Shown here: positions 61,687 to 64,000 of the stretch, in pieces
How the letters are laid out: each line of letters starts with the position of its first letter
Position numbering within the stretch: position 1 is the stretch's first letter
Assembly (NCBI GenBank): GCA_020137815.1
Contig: CM035350.1
Location: 930,001-994,000 of the forward strand
Length of the DNA stretch: 64,000 bases
DNA from: Hormiphora californensis
Lineage: Eukaryota; Animalia; Ctenophora
Direction of reading: 5' to 3'
Position numbers and translations under genes: made by a program
The notes under the pieces: model-generated
What the model saw: the letters and a program-made list of their open reading frames with translations, nothing else
Told to the model about the DNA's origin: nothing
The model's database searches: none

Positions 61687-63912
61687 TTAGATATTTGTAC
61701 CACGTGACTCACTCACCTCATCATCAGAATCCAAGTCTGCCAGTTTATCCAAACTTAGACGCCGTTTTAGCGTCTGTTTATCAATCTTCTTCAGCATCCT
61801 AATGATGTTATTTCCCTCCGAGTTCACCCCTTCTTCCTCCTCTTCAGAGGCCCCTGTATCTGAAGATAGCTCAATGGCTTTCTCAGGTTCTGCAGGTCGA
61901 GGTTTCTTCAGAGCACTCTTTACCGGTCTAGGACTGGGTTCAGAAGTGAGTTCTTGTGTTGGTCGGGAGGGCTTCGTTTTCAAGTTCTGATCAATAGCCC
62001 TCGTTTCTCCAGTAGAAGGGTTACCACGTCTAGAAGCAGCAGTACTGGCTGATTTTCTAGCAACACGCTGATCGTTGGTCTTAGACCGTTCCACAACCTT
62101 GACAACTCTCTCAGTGGAAGGGTTGCCAGCAGGAGGATCCCTTGTTCTTCGAACTACCGTCTTCTTACCAGTCTCAGGGGTGCTACTATGAGAAGGGCTC
62201 TGTTCCATCCTCCTCTCTGGTGTCTTCCTTGTCTCTAAAGTCTTCCTGACCTGGTCTCGTTCTGGTGTCTTCCTAACAACATCAGGTATCACCTTCCTGA
62301 TCTTAGTTACCTCCTTCTCTGGGGTTCCTCGTGGTACCACTTCCACCTTCTGAACAGTGTTGACTCTCCTCACCTTCCCTGGTTGGATAAAGTTCTGGCC
62401 GCCCTTCGTGCTGACCTTGGTGTACTCGACATAGTGACGGAGGTTCTTCCGGCTGGACCTGGCAGGTTTCTCTGGGGAGGGTTGTTTGGTGAATGTGCTC
62501 TCCGTGACCATGGGTCCTGATGCAGACTCAGAGTCACTCAGTTGAACTGTGGCTGATTGTAGTGGAGGGTCGGTTCTACTGCAAATGTTTTCAGGAGCAC
62601 CAGAGTTATAACGTGCTTCAATCTTCATCTGGCTAAATTGCTCCTCCATTGTAGAGTACTCGCTCTTCTTTCTCCCTCTCCTGGAGGAGCCCTGTTCCTT
62701 GACTTGTGTCACCAGATAGTTCTTCCTCCTTGGTTCAGCTGACCCCGGTGGTGTAGACCTCGCTTCTTCCTGGCTCCTCTCCACAAACTTTAGTAGGCTC
62801 ATGTTGGCTGAATCCTCAGGGAGGTTTGGGGGTATGGTCCTTGTGATTCGGGCATTTCTCTGCTGCATTTTCACTTTGTTCCTCACTTCTATCTCATTAA
62901 AATGACTGAGTAGGTCGGTGAGAGTGGCCCTCTGACTTTGTATCTTCTTACTGTCACTCTCAGCAGGATAGAACTCTGAGTAGTGCTTCCTGCGATGCCG
63001 GGCACTTCTCTCCCTCATCCTAGCCTCCTGATCTACCTGACTGTCAGGTACCTGATCACTGGACCTCCTGTTCCGGGGTTTAGACAGCCTGACTCTGAAC
63101 TCTGGAGCAGCAGCAGTTGACTCTGAAGTATCGTTAGTAGTATGGATCCTCTTCCTCAGTTTGTGACTCAGTTGGTTAGGGAGTGTGATGGAGATACTTC
63201 GTTTTACTGGAATCTGATCTGGTTGTTCTTGTAGCTCCACAACCTTTTGGGACCGTCTCCTGTGGTGATGGTGAGCATGATCTGCTGCTGAGGAACGAGG
63301 GTGATGTTCCAAAGTGCTCCTGTGGTGTTCCCTATTGTGGTGGTGGTGCTCCACGGAGGAACGATCTGTTTCTGAAAATATCAGCTCAGTGTTGGCTGCA
63401 GCTGGAGATCGGGACCGAGTGTGGCGGTGTTGGTCTTCTGAGAGATGGACCTCCCGGCGTTTCTTCCGTTCTGGAGGAACCAGGTTCCTGGATTTCCTGC
63501 GGGGTTTCCTATCCTTCTGGAGAAGATCCTGGTGTGATGACCTGGGGAGAGAATAATGTGATTTGAAGTGATGATTGATGACACAATACTATTACTTGTT
63601 CTGAAGCCAGCTAGTAACCCTCTGCAACTGTGTGGACAGGATGTGTAAATGTATCAGTAAGCAATGCTAAATCTTATCTAAATCTTATCTACTCAGATCA
63701 CGGGATACAGATACTTGATCTCTCAGAAGATCTCTCTAATTAGCTACCTGTGATCGTATGAGAGTGGCTCTGTTGTTTTCAGACCAGCCTTCAGGTCAGG
63801 TTCATTATCAAATGTTGGGCTGCAGATGAGGGTATCATCCCGGGAGGGTGTCTTAATCTTGGGGTAGGAGCTGTCATCAGATCGGGCAGAGTTCACTCTC
63901 CTCTCTCTGCTC
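61687..63912 (-). CDS. 3' part of an unknown large, basic, low-complexity (probably disordered) protein; exons about 63912-63748 and 63541-61687
   Basis: More than 555 codons open; R/S/K/E/T-rich; AG/GT boundaries; continues beyond the window. Confidence 0.7.
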
Positions 63913-64000
63913 CTATCTGTGTGTATATGGCCTGCTGTCATTATAGGGCAAAGGAAAAACAAGCAGGGACGTTTTTAGACACCAGGGGGTGGGATCGAGA

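Overview
Gene-dense eukaryotic (animal) genomic DNA with short GT-AG introns. It is probably a ctenophore; this is inferred from an LDLa-GPCR with an FYGNDGxCxFKY motif, splice acceptors before nearly all start codons, and many foldback MITEs. Recognisable genes: FABP, PCNA, a Gal-3-O-sulfotransferase, TOP3A, an LDLa-domain GPCR, a TGF-beta type I receptor, enkurin, BBOF1, V-ATPase subunit B, CFAP77 and FAM166C/CIMIP2C. Also present are an orphan type I membrane protein, two tandem paralogous secreted 10-Cys proteins that the ORF track misses, two unknown genes and glycyl-tRNA synthetase pseudo-exons. Main observations: (1) four same-strand gene pairs separated by only about 90-250 nt, with an apparently unpaired 3' splice acceptor before the downstream ATG, which suggests SL trans-spliced operons; two pairs consist entirely of motile-cilia genes and have nearby RFX X-box motifs; (2) an unrecognised secreted Cys-rich family; (3) numerous near-perfect 0.3-2 kb foldback DNA transposons, several nested with clear target-site duplications, that fill introns. 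Many single-base frameshifts in conserved genes and a homopolymer-garbled block at about 48.9-50.2 kb indicate an imperfectly polished assembly. Exon coordinates were read by eye and may be off by a few bases.
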